A stretch of DNA of 64,000 nt from positions 8,370,001 through 8,434,000 of the forward strand of contig JBHGNT010000011.1 of the NCBI GenBank assembly GCA_043228905.1, in the 5' to 3' direction. This stretch comes from Azolla caroliniana. Its lineage: Eukaryota > Plantae > Polypodiophyta. Position numbers and translations under genes: made by a program. The notes below the pieces were generated by a model. The model was given only the letters and a program-made list of their open reading frames with translations, was not told where the DNA came from and made no database searches. Below, piece after piece: positions 12,510 to 24,354 of this stretch. Each line of letters starts with the position of its first letter. Position 1 is the first letter of the stretch.

Positions 12510-12744
12510 GTGTGCACTATGCACGATGTTCCACAATGTGTCTACCCAAATTCAAAATTTTGAGTGTTCCCATATTTCGCTCACCATAATAAATGATATG
12601 TTTTTAATTAGACAATCAAATGAATTTCGTAAACGATTTTTAATATTTGCCCACTAAAATTTAGCTATACAAATAACTAAATAGCTGTGGCCATTTTAGC
12701 TACATGTTAGCTATAATAGTGTTTCCATTCCCATTGTTTCACCG
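12510..12744 (-). repeat. TIR-like terminal sequence of the MULE-like family
   Basis: Reverse complement GGTGAAACAATGGGAATGGAAACACTATTATAGC resembles 24001 and 61363 (GGGTRAAA..GGAAA.A.TATTATA). Confidence 0.6.
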
Positions 12745-12982
12745 GCATCCATTATTAGATATATGGACTCTATTTACGCCAGTTTTTTCTAACAACAAAA
12801 AGTCTACTTTAGGTTACATCTTTCATGATTTGACCATATATGTATTGCATGATGCGTTGGAGCTTGTTTGCATTCGTAATCAGAGTGCTCCATATGTTTG
12901 AATTTTGGTGTAAAACTCAAGATTGGAAGGACTTTGGTGACATTATATTTGAGTTTACATGAGTGGACTATGCCCCATGTTC

Positions 12983-15900
12983 TATTAAGAAAGCGCTACG
13001 ACTCTTCTTAGTGCAACAATGGACATGTGATGTGCAGGATCGTTTAGAGTTCAAGAGAGAAGGAAGGGGGGAAGGCGACTCACCTCTGTAACAGCCCAAA
13101 AACTTCAGTTTCATTATGTAGAAAAAACCTCTCTAGTCTATCTACATATTTTTCTACTCACTCTCACATTTTACCTAAGTGTTGTTAGTGACTTGCATAT
13201 TCAGCTATTTAGCTATTCATAGCTAAATAACTGTGTGTTGCTATTTTACCTATATTTTCTAACAATAGCTAATTTCGTAATAGATACTATGGAAGATCTT
13301 AGTTACCAATAAGCATCACATTGCTTTTGTTGAGCTTGTTTCTTAAGACTCCCCCACAAGCTCAACTTATTCATTCTTGAGATCATCTTCACTCTTCTTT
13401 TCCGTCGTGCTTTCTAGCTATCATATCAATGCTTATAACTCCCATGATGTCCCTAAACTGTATATGTTTTTTTGTGCTTAGTCCCTTTGTAAGAATGTTT
13501 CCACTTGCTGATTTGTACTCACATACAATAGATCTAATTCTCGATCAATCACTTTTTCTCTAACAAAGTGATAATGCACTTCAATGTGCTTTGTTCTTGC
13601 ATGGAACACTAGGTTTTTTGTGAGGTGAATACTACTCTTATTGTCACACTAGATTGTGACTACACCATCTATATACTCTCCCAAATCAGCAAGAAATCTT
13701 ATAATCCATACTTTGTCACAAGTAGATATTGCAACTTCAATACTTGCTAATGCAACAATAGCTTGTTTCTTGCTACTCCATGAAATAGTTGCACTTCCCA
13801 ATGTAAATATATATCCATTCGTGGATCTTCTATCAGTTTGGCTTCCAGCCCAATTTGCATATGTATATCCTTCTAGCTTTATGTCCAGATAAGCCCTATA
13901 GAACAGTCCATAGTTTTGAGTAGCTTTACATACCTCAAAATTCTTCTAATGCAATCCAAATGTGGCTTTGTTTGCGGCTGGATAAACTGGCTAACTAATC
14001 CAACTCCATAATTTCAATCAGGTCTTGTTATAGTCAAGTATCTAAGGTTTCCCACCATAGACTTGTACATGTTCACATCTGCTATTTTCCTTCCCAAATC
14101 AGTTGTCAATTTGTAGTTCTTATCCAATGGTACATCAATGGGTTTGCATCCAAGCATACCATATGTCTTCAACACAATTGTTGCATGCTATTTTTGCAGC
14201 ATATATATTCCACTTCCACATCTAATTATCTCAATGCCAAGAAAGTATTTGAGCTCTCCCAAATCCTTCATATGAAATTGCATTTCTAGATTTTTCTTCA
14301 GCTTGCTTATTTCAACCATAGACTCACCTCTGATGGTTAAATCATCAACCTAATCAAAATCACAATAATGCAGTCATTCATCTTCTTCACATACAATGAT
14401 GGATTAACCTTTGACATTTGAAAGCAATTTTTATCAGAGCTTCTAAAAGTTTCTTGTGCCATGCTCTCGATGCTTGTTGTAGTCCATAGAGAGCCTTTTT
14501 CAGCTTACAAACATATTCTAGATGCTTCTTATCTTCAAACCCTGGTGGTTGACACATGTATACTTTCTCTTCTAAGCTACCATGTAAAAAAAACATTTTT
14601 TACATCCATATTATACAGAAACCATCTTTTGGCTACACTTACAATAGGTAGTGTCCTCAAGGTTGCCATTTTTGTAATCGGTGCAAATGTCTCATCATAA
14701 TCAATTCCTTGCATTTGAGCAATATCCCTTTGCAACAAATCTTGCCTTATGTCTACTTGCCTTGCATATTTCCCACTCCAAGCATTTGAATCATCTTCAA
14801 GGGTTACTACATGTACTCCAGATGTTATGCATCTATTTAGAATATAGTTTGTTGTATTTACATCTTCAACCTAGTAATACAATGGAATTTTTTTTTGTCA
14901 TCAAAGCTCTTGCTATGTTTACCAATGTTCTATTTTTCCTCCCAAGCACTCCATTTTGTTGTGGAATATATCTACATCTAAATTATCTCCTTATTCCTTG
15001 ATTGCATAAAAAATCAGAGAATTCAATTGAGAAGTATTATCCTCCTGGACACCAAGACCTTAAACATTTTATTTTAGTTCCGGTATGCTTTTCTACCATG
15101 CATTTGAACTTATGAAAATACTCAAATACTTCACTCTTCTCTTTCATGAAGTAAATCCATGTTTTCCTTGAGAAATCATCTATGATTGTTGCATAAAACC
15201 TGCAACCACCAATTGCTGCATTTTTTGTCGCTCCCCATACATCTGTATGTACCAAATCTAAAAAAGGTTTTGCTTATATGTCCTTCATGAGGGAAAGGAA
15301 ACCTATTTTTCTTCCCATTGACATGCCTCACATATTTTTCTCATCTTAGAGTCTTCCAACTTCGGTAGTTCAGCCATGACATTTTTTCTCAACATATTTT
15401 GCAAAGTTTGCATACTTATGTGTCCAATTCCTTTGTGCCACATTCCTACATCTACGATTACATTCAATCTTCCTGCAAACATGGTTATAGTCATTTTAGG
15501 CATACTCACATCGAAAACAAAAATTCTTCCTTGGTGTTTTCCTTTTGCTATCAACTTACCATGTTTCTCTATAAAGCAACCACTTTTCGTGAACTTTGAT
15601 TCCAATCTTTAAATGCCTTGATTTGTGTAGCAGTTGCATTTTCTTAAGGGATCTTTGGAGCCTCTTCTATGTCTCCTTCAATGTACTCCCAATACCCTTT
15701 TCCCATCAAGAAATTTGTCATTCTGAATTTTCACACAGGGAAATTGTTTTTATCAAGTTTTTATGTAATTATTTGGCTTCCATTTTCAATGGCCATCTCT
15801 CTTTTAATTTTAGGGCTTTAGCTATGATTAAGCTCAACAAGCAACTCCAATTCAAATTAGCGAATAGAGAGCAACTACGCTCTGATACCATCTTAAGAAA

Positions 15901-16258
15901 GCACTACCGCTCTTCTTAGTGCAACAGTGGACACGTGATATGCATGATTGTGTAGGGTTCAAGAGAGTAGGAAGGGGACAAGAAGACTCACTTCTATAGT
16001 AGCCCAAAAACCTTCAATTTCATTACGTAGAAAAAACCTCTCTCGTCTGTGTACATATTTTTCTACACTCTCACTTTTTACCTAAGTGTTGTTAATGACT
16101 TGCATATTCTGTTTCCATTTAGTTGTAAATAGCTAAATGGTTGTGTGTAGCTATTTTACGTATATTGTCTAACAATAGCTAATTTCCTAATGGATACTAT
16201 GGAAGATCTCAGTTACCAATAAGCATCACATTGCTTTTCTTGAGCTTCTTTCTTAACA
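12983..16258 (-). mobile_element. Ty1/copia element, internally deleted, LTRs 12983-13348 and 15891-16258
   Basis: TSD TGTTC on both sides; PBS TGGTATCAGAGC (15879-15890); PPT at 13349-13361; GAG-pre-integrase, [17 protein letters not shown] and RNaseH remnants; gag absent. Confidence 0.93.
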
Positions 16259-16467
16259 TGTTCCACTATGTGTTTTACCCAAATTCAAAATTTCGAGTGT
16301 TCCCATATTTCCCTCACCATAATAAATTATATGTATTTAATTAAACAATCAAATAAATTTCGCAAACGATCTTTAATATTTGCCCACTAAAATTTAGCTA
16401 AACAAATAACTAAATAACTACTGCCATTTTAGGCTATAATAGTGTTTCCATTCCCATTCTTTCACCC
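16259..16467 (-). repeat. Second copy of the TIR-like end; target of the copia at 12983-16258
   Basis: Direct repeat of about 12527-12744, with the same flanking sequence. Confidence 0.75.
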
Positions 16468-17116
16468 ATCCATTATTAGATATATGGACTCTAATTAATA
16501 TGGACTCTAATTACGTTGGTTGTTTCTGAGAACAACAAGTCTGCTTTAAGTTACATCTTTCAGTTTATGGGAGGTTCCTTCTCTTGGAGATCTGGCCTCC
16601 AAGAATGTACTGTTTTATCTATAATAGTGTTTCCATTCCCATTCTTTCACCCATCCATTATTAGATATATGGACTCTAATTACGTTGGTTATTTCTGACA
16701 ACAAAAAGTTTGCTTTAGGTTATGTCTTTCAGTTTATAGGTGGTTCCTTCTCTTGGAGATCTAGCCTCCAAGAATGTGCTCCTTTGTTCACTATTGAAGC
16801 AGAGTATATTGCACCTAGTGAGGCATGTAAGGAAGGTTGTATGACCTTTTAGACTAGCCTGTGACATGAGCATCCCAAAGCTTGTACCCTGATTGTTTTG
16901 TGACAAAAGGAGTGCCATTGTATTTGCTAAAAATTGGTTTATCATGCAAAGACCAACCACATTGGAGATATCACACCATATCCTCTGAGAATCACAATTG
17001 TTGGGTGCATTATTCTTGAGAAAGTTGTTTCTTGGAAAAACGCTGCATATGCATTGACCATATTTGTATTACATGATGCGTTGGAGCATTGTTCTCACTT
17101 CATGGGAATTACTTAG
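16468..17116 (+). pseudogene. Old copia RNaseH remnant with a local tandem duplication of about 185 bp
   Basis: YMDSNY..KSALSYIFQFMGGSFSWRSGLQEC..EAEYIA..HAKTNHI; 16434-16618 repeated at about 16619-16790. Confidence 0.75.
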
Positions 17117-18644
17117 TTTTCCAGGCTACGCATTTTTCTCTTTGTGTATATTGTGTAACATGTCCATGAGGTAGGAGCTTTAGGTCTTGTACAATCTTCC
17201 TATCAGCTTTGCCATTTTCGGTCTTTAGTGTGAGATTGGTACATAGTGTGAAAGGCTAGAAAGGTAGTTCTCACAAACTGTAGTTTGGATATAGGCCAAA
17301 AGTGTAACGCAAGGGTTAATGCCGCCAAAACTAAATTTGTCTGTGTATGTTGTGTTCCTCTTGTGTGTGTGTGTGTTGTGTTCCTCTGTGTGTCAGCTGC
17401 GTGCATTTTCTGCAGCAGGTCCACAACAGTTGTTTGGCGCCGCTCCCTTTGAATATGCAGCTTCCATCGTTTTGAAAATCATAACCTAATTCGCATAGAC
17501 GTGCGTACAATAAGCTTACATAGTTGGATTGCTATGATTCCAACGAAGAGAGACTAATCAACTCCCCACAGTTCAGCAGAAAATATAGCCACAAAAATAA
17601 ATCAAGAACGTAAATTCATCTAAATCTTTCCTTGTAAGGGATGCAGCTAGTCGTGATTTTGGTAAAGTTTCTAGAAAAGATCTCAAAACTGTGGACGATG
17701 ATGAATTAATTAGTTCAGCCGCGTCGTTTTGCTTTTAAAAAACAACTATACAGGATGTAAAATTAACTGGATAAATCACAATTAACCGATGCGCTCAAAT
17801 TTTACATGCTTTGGATAAAAACATCCACAACAAAAGATAAACATAGTGATACAATAAAATGATATTAAATGACTTCAAGTGAATTCCTACATGCAGTCTT
17901 GCAAATTGCTAATTTGGTATCCATATCGACTATCTATCTACCTATCCATCTAGCGGCTGTAGTAGCCATTAAAAGCCCAGAATTGTAGGAATTTTATTAT
18001 CTACCTTTTATCTATCATGACAATATATATATATATGTACATGTATAGGAAGACAAATATTTTATGTCGTTCTCCTCCATTAGAAGGCAGCCGCAGGTTC
18101 TGGTTTCACTTTGAAGTCGAGGGAAGAGGTTTTTTGGAGTCAAAATATAGCACTGAATTTATATTATAATCACATCCACTTCACACAGCTACGCCAAAGA
18201 ACCAGTGTGCCAAAAACATTTCAAAACAAGAGAATGGGTAAGAGCAGTCAAACTTGAAATAGTGAGCATATTGATTGATCAGCATCATTTCCTAGTAGTA
18301 ATAATTTAACAATAGTAATGTGGATAAAATCATGAAAATGATGTGAAGTACTCCTCATTCCTGAGTTCATATCAAATTAAATCCTTTGGGCAAAGAAACG
18401 TAGTCTCTTTAAAAGGAGGCAATGCCAAAGCCTATTTAATCCAAACCAAATGTGTTGTAGACGAGACCCCCCAGAAACCAATAGCTATGAGGTATGTACA
18501 TTATGAATGTTGTATGATGTTATGTACTTTTGTGTACTACAAAAGTGTGGCGATGATGAAGTAGGAAAGAATGCTGTCGAGCCGCAAGCATGCACACTGC
18601 AAAGCGAAGAAATAAAGGACGTCTGTCCATATATGCATGTGCTT

Positions 18645-18783
18645 ACACATATACATATATATATATATGCATGTGTATATATATATATATATATATATTA
18701 TATTATATGTATGTATGTACACTACTACTCTCAGTACGCTATCTCTCACTGTGTGTGTGTGTGTATGTGTATGTGTGTGTATG

Positions 18784-18810
<27 letters not shown>
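18645..18810. repeat. (TA)n/(TG)n compound microsatellite
   Basis: Seen directly. Confidence 0.9.
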
Positions 18811-18814
<4 letters not shown>

Positions 18815-19519
18815 AAGGTATATAGCAAGTTAACGAGGCCGTCGGTCGCTGTATACGTAGAAGGTCCGATCCTTCTATTAGTGATTACTGATATTTGTTA
18901 TTAAAATTATGTAATGAGAATGAGTCACTCACTCAGTGGTATAGTAGAATGCAGAATGTATGCAATGAAACAGACACAGACAGGCACACACACGCTTAAA
19001 TCAAAACATATTGCACCTGAACGCCAACGCACACGCTTACCCAATCCAATCGTCTGGGGAACCGTGACCAAAACCCATATTGAAATTAACCCTTATTAAA
19101 ATTATTATGGAGTATTATTATATATATAATTTATTGAGAGGGAAGGCACTCGAGTGACTTATTAACGGGAAGGGAAAACGAGCGACATACATGACGGACA
19201 AAACTGATCAGTTGCAGCTCCCCGCCCCCCCGCCCCTCTCCTTTCCCTTATTTAAGTAAGGCTACCTATTTAGGAGTTGATATTTATTTCCGCACAATAT
19301 AATATATGTGCACGCGTCAGACATGCACACATATGGATATTGAATGTTGCGAGAAGTGTAGTTACAAAAGACTATATTTATTATATTGGATTTGCGTGAA
19401 TGAAAGATATTATTGAGTAGTAGACGAGGAAAGTATATTAAGATGAAGAATTAGAGAAAAGAGCAGGAAGGAGAATCATCGTATCTATTTCTCAGCTCAC
19501 TGTTACCTATTATCTCAAA

Positions 19520-19620
19520 GAAGAATCTGCATGGACCTCTGCATGCCAGCTGTTAAGGCTCTCTGCCTATTCACGACAGCCTCCTCAGGTGGCATGCAGG
19601 GAGCCAGGCAGGCAAATAAA
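19520..19620 (-). ncRNA. MIR160: MIR160 precursor hairpin; mature UGCCUGGCUCCCUGCAUGCCA at 19590-19610, opposite arm at 19528-19548
   Basis: 21-mer matches the conserved plant miR160 family (C15 variant); pairs with UGGCAUGCAGAGGUCCAUGCA with 3 mismatches and one G:U; located in a non-TE island. Confidence 0.93.
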
Positions 19621-19940
19621 AATCAACACCAATTTAGTATTTATATATTACCACTACATTTTATTATTATTACAGTCTCAATGATTCCAAAATTAACCCT
19701 TTAATTAACAATAGTACTATAATATGCATATAAATATAAACATTATGCATTCAGCTTTCCTAATGTGAAGCTGTGCTTTAGAATCAACACAGATATACAT
19801 ATACAGTCTCTTGCGTTTCATGTGAAGCCTTACACCACTGCACAAAATGTTCCCCGGGCTCTCTCTGTCTCTGTCTCTCTTTCTCTCTATCTATCTACAC
19901 ATAAATAACCAGCATGGTCTGTAAAATGCAAGAGACCTGG

Positions 19941-19953
19941 CTTTTTATATAAG
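19941..19953 (-). promoter_or_regulatory. Probable TATA box of pri-miR160
   Basis: CTTATATAAAAAG on the minus strand about 330 bp upstream of the mature miRNA, next to a CT-rich tract. Confidence 0.55.
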
Positions 19954-20020
19954 GAGGGGGAGGAGGAGGAGGAGTGGTAGGCAGGCATCTGTTGGAGGGT
20001 CCCTGATGCTGTCATGAGTG

Positions 20021-20024
<4 letters not shown>

Positions 20025-20063
<39 letters not shown>

Positions 20064-20230
20064 CAGATGTTAAGACGTACGTACATGGACAATTTTTATT
20101 TTCCCTATTCTAATCAATTACTTTTACTCGCTACTTTTAACTACTTTACTGTTGCTGCAACTTCAACTACTTTGACCCAAAGAGGAGGGGGAGAGAGAGA
20201 GAGAGAGAGGGAGAGAGAGAGAGAGAGAGA
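20025..20230. repeat. (TG)n(AG)n and (GA)n microsatellites upstream of MIR160
   Basis: Seen directly. Confidence 0.85.
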
Positions 20231-20884
20231 AGCGTAGATGGTTGGAACCCATTCTTCTTTCTCAGCTACTCTGCTACTACTGCTAGCTATAACTACATAC
20301 ATACTACTACCCCTCCTCCTCCTCCTCTACACAACAGCCTCCTTAGCTTAGTTAAAGTTAGCCTTCCTTCCTTCCTTTGGAACTCCCTTAAACCTGCCTG
20401 CATAATTCGAGAATCGTTTCATCTCTCTCGCTCACAATGCGACTCTTGTCTACTCCTGCAATTTCTTGTTATTTATTTATTTTATCTTTCTGGAAAGCTG
20501 GCTTTTAAACGTACTTCCTTCACCTTCCACCTTTTTAGGACGTGTGCCCTGTCGTCCGTCTCCCTTCCTTCCTTGGCCAACTTTGGAGATGCTTGACCCC
20601 AATGTGCTCTCACGATTGTGTGGACAAAGGAAGATATTTAACCAACTCCATTTTTTAGGCCTTTGGTAAAAAAGAAAAGAGAATTCATTTCTTCTCATTC
20701 TCGAGATTCTCCATCTCAAGGTGTGATTTGATAAATATATCCCTTGCTCCCCGGGTAGGAAAAGGTAGTACTTTCGTTGCATTTATAATTATGAACATCA
20801 TCATAAAGTGTAACCACCAAAAAACAATAGAAGACATACAAGGTCCCCACTTTTTATTGGTACACATGCCATAGCACAGAAGAC

Positions 20885-20942
20885 ATTGCAAAGTTTGTGA
20901 TTCCAATTGAAAAATTGCAAAGTTTGTGATTCCAATTGAAAA
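20885..20942. repeat. 29-bp tandem duplication
   Basis: ATTGCAAAGTTTGTGATTCCAATTGAAAA twice. Confidence 0.9.
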
Positions 20943-21699
20943 ATTGTAAATTCTCTAACTATTTAAATGCATAGTTTGATCACATATCCTCCAAACCACC
21001 TATAATAATGATGCATGAAAACTTCTACTATGGACAATATCACGCAGGATCTTTGGGCTAGTATATTTCAAACAAACCTTCAACACCTTATACAAGCAAG
21101 TACTTGGTTAGTTTGCTTGTTCTAGCGGAATGATAGCTTAACTTTTAAAGTGATGTTTCACTTATAATTGCATTCAAAGAGAGAATACACTATTGATTTT
21201 GATAATATTGCTCGCTAGAGAAAATAGATCTATATTTTCTTCTTAATATTGCCAATTCTTCACTCTCATTTTCATTTCAACTAACTTTTCACCACGATCC
21301 ATAACTACTCTATATGTATCCATGAATACACAACTTTCCCATTATGATTATTACACATGCAACATGGCGAAATTCAAAGAACATTGAAGACATCTCGAAT
21401 ATACCAGCAATGTTGTGAATGGGTGTTCTAACCACACATTATTAAATTATTTACATGCTCCATGATGTTACATTAAATGTAATATTGATAAAATATATAT
21501 TAGTAGTACAAAGGTTCATGTTGACTCAAAGAAACTACGTCAAAAAGTAAAAAACGGTTAGCATATTATTTTCCAATTTATATATTAAGCATACAAAATA
21601 TCTTACTTCTTCGGATGAAAGTATAAAGGTAACCTCTTGACATTTTAATAAAAAAGGCCATTAAATTCATGGCCTATTAAATTGGTTTTAGCTCAATGG

Positions 21700-22100
21700 A
21701 ACTATTATCTTGGTCAAATTCTAAAGCTTGATTTGTATATTTCTACTGCAATCTAAGCTAGACCTTTCTCTCGTATACTTGTTGAGGGTTAATTTATTAA
21801 TGGGAAGTCCTATTTAACCAAACCCTTGTCTCTCCTATACCTAAGAATCTACTATTAACCTCATTAATGTTCAAGATCTTGTCTAAGAATTCCATTATCA
21901 CTATTCACACAAGCTTCATATATTTAGCCTCTTTAATGCTCAAACTCTTGTCAAAGAATTCCATTGTCACGGAAGTTGTTATTCTAGGAGGGATATTGTC
22001 ATGATTACCGTGTCATATGCAGACTTTAACCCATGAACTTTTAGAGCATGGCATAAGTTCAAACCATTACGGTTATTCATATGATCAAATCATTAGAGTT
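21700..22100 (+). mobile_element. Highly decayed chromovirus 3' end (chromodomain tail, PPT, start of LTR at 21997)
   Basis: NAQTLVKEFH-like chromodomain tail (duplicated); AGGAGGGATA followed by TGTCATG, as in the element at 29589-33047. Confidence 0.6.
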
Positions 22101-23349
22101 ATTACATTATCAAACTATTAGGTTATTCATTATGAGCCTATATCACGTATACATGTTGACTTGTGGGATGACATGTAGCTTGCATGCTTTCCATGCTCAC
22201 GCATGTGCTCAAGATGTGCGCCAAGTGTTAATATCAAGAATTGATACAACATGTGTAATAATTGGAATGAGCATTGATAAGTTTGCAACAAGGAATGGGA
22301 AATGCAAGTTTGTGGAAAGTATGTGGTGGTCAAGTGCAACAAACTGTGAAATTTCCCCATAGATCGAAGCATCAAGCAAATCAAATTGTCACTACTAATA
22401 TACCCTCTCTTTTTTTTATTCAAAAGATACACCTTGGTATGATAAAATCATAAGCAATACAAAAGTTTATGGCTATTTCGGTGAGAAGAAGAACCCCACC
22501 AAAACAATTGCCACTACTAATATACCTATGTCTAGCTTCTTAGAGATAACTAGTAGTGTTGCTAACCAAAATTACCAAATGGATTAGGATTTTTAAGTCA
22601 TTTAAAAGAGGAGGTAAACAAATAGGTTTAGTCCAAATTGGAGCCATTTGGTTGGACAACATAAGTTACTTGGAGCACATATCTAGAATTACTATTTCAT
22701 CGAAGCAGGTATTATTCATGATGGTTTCCCTATTGCGTTTGAAAATATAGCTGAAGAATCTGAGTCTATATGGATATTCTATGTAACTTTCCATGTGTAG
22801 TAGCTTTCAACATAATTAGTGGCCTTGAACATTAGATTATCCATAGTTGTCCTTGCTTCAAACTTCATAATAAAAAAATTGAGAAATAAAGAGAAGACAA
22901 CCAAATAATCAAGAATTAATCCAATTTATGATATTACAAGGTGAAAGGATCAACCTCACAAAACTTGTCAACTACCCACGGAAAGACAAAATGAGTAAAT
23001 GTTTATTTCTTGTAACAGTGAATCCTTCTAATAACTCTCAAATATGTTAGAGGTCTATTAGGATCATTGCCAAGAACAAGATCAAATGGAAGAAGAGAAT
23101 GAGAAATGGGAGGAGATTGGTAAGGTATTGGTAATAAGAAAAATTGTCACAAAAATATGCCAAACACAAACACATGCATGGAACGAGAATTATTCATGAA
23201 TACTTAAACACATGCTTATATAGCATGATTTAGACACATGCATAATCTTGACCTTACAAGAATTCATGAAATTTGTTGACCATGCATATTAGCCTATATG
23301 CGGTGGTGATATTTCATAATATTATATATATATTCTCAATGATATCTCG

Positions 23350-23560
23350 TGTCATGATATGACCTCAAATAGGAAATAAACCCAAAACCTTATAGTGCAC
23401 GGGTCGATGCCTTACCATTAACATAAATAATGTACTATTAACAAAGAATTCGGCTCAACGTCAATCTTAAGCCTCTAAGTTGATCCTATCCTTGTACTCC
23501 TTTTCATCTAGTGCACTTCATTTTATCAAACTAAGCCTTCTCTACGATTGACCATATCTT
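23350..23560 (+). repeat. Decayed LTR fragment of the 5022-9898 family
   Basis: TGTCATGATATG..CCCAAAACCTTATA..GGGTCGA..CTTACCATTA..TCAACGTCAATCTTAAGCCTC matches 5022-5250. Confidence 0.65.
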
Positions 23561-23569
23561 CACACTTAG

Positions 23570-23990
23570 ATGATTAATTGACCAGACAAAGGCTTGCAAG
23601 AAGAAATCATATTGTTGTTTTGTGGACTTCCGCAAAGCCTTTGACACAGTCCCAGACAACGGTTGTTTGATAGGCTCAAAATCTTAGAGATATCTATGAT
23701 TTATATGAGCAAGTTTGTAGGTGCGTATGATGCCCAGGTGGCTTATCCAATTGCTTAACTAGCATGTTAGTGTAAAACAAGGTTGCCCTCTATCACCAAA
23801 TCTTTTTGGGATCTACATTGATGAAATCAATCATTTTATAGCTCACAAGGGAGGGAATGGAGTAGTCCTTGGGGGTACGCAAGTCAATCTCTTGCTCTAT
23901 GCAGATGACATAGTTTTACTCTCTGAGTCTGAACATGACCTACAAAGGCAACTTAATGCCTTAGATGATTTTTGCTCACAAAGAGAGAGG
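23570..23990 (+). pseudogene. Non-LTR (LINE) reverse transcriptase fragment
   Basis: CCFVDFRKAFDTV, VKQGCPLSPNLFGIYID, LLYADDIVLLSESEHDLQRQLNAL. Confidence 0.88.
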
Positions 23991-24000
23991 ATTGGTAATG

Positions 24001-24111
24001 GGGTGAAATCATGCGAATGGAAATACTATTATAGCTAACATGTAGTTAGTATAATGACCACAACTAAGTAGTTTTTTTATAGCTATTTTTTAGTGGGAAA
24101 ATCTTAATTGA
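24001..24111 (+). repeat. TIR-like end of the MULE-like family, inserted in the LINE and cut by a copia LTR
   Basis: GGGTGAAATCATGCGAATGGAAATACTATTATAGCTAACATGTAG, homologous to the reverse complement of 12700-12744. Confidence 0.65.
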
Positions 24112-24309
24112 TGTTGGGAAATCGGTCCCTCCGGATGGGAACCGGACGAGCAGGATCCAGTGTGAACTAGCAATAGGAACATATTAGTAAATATGTTCGG
24201 ATGTGCCTGTTGAGGCTATTCTTGTAAATAGCCCAAAAGTTATATGAGTATGAATAACTAGGGCAAAACTTATTGTATGTGAGTTAGTTAGGTTGTTGCT
24301 AGTCGTTGT

Positions 24310-24354
<45 letters not shown>

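Larger units (their letters stand above)
3791..12744 (-). mobile_element. Putative MULE-like DNA transposon (copy 1) with cargo genes, interrupted by the gypsy at 5022-9898
   Basis: TIR-like end at about 12744 homologous to 61363, 24001 and 16467; gene at 11.1-12.0 kb homologous to 62.3-63.3 kb; reading frame 10077-9899 continues at 5016 once the insertion is removed; no transposase seen; extent below 11 kb is inferred. Confidence 0.5.

Noticed and set aside
18507-18904. ORFs rich in Y/I/C/V (also 20028-20237 and 60617-61128)
   Set aside because: Translations of dinucleotide microsatellites
19894-19914. miPEP-like upstream ORF in pri-miR160 (MLVIYV*)
   Set aside because: Six codons only, TSS unknown, no supporting evidence
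22400-23340. Possible decayed retroelement gag or LTR
   Set aside because: Too degenerate for motifs or boundaries to be supported
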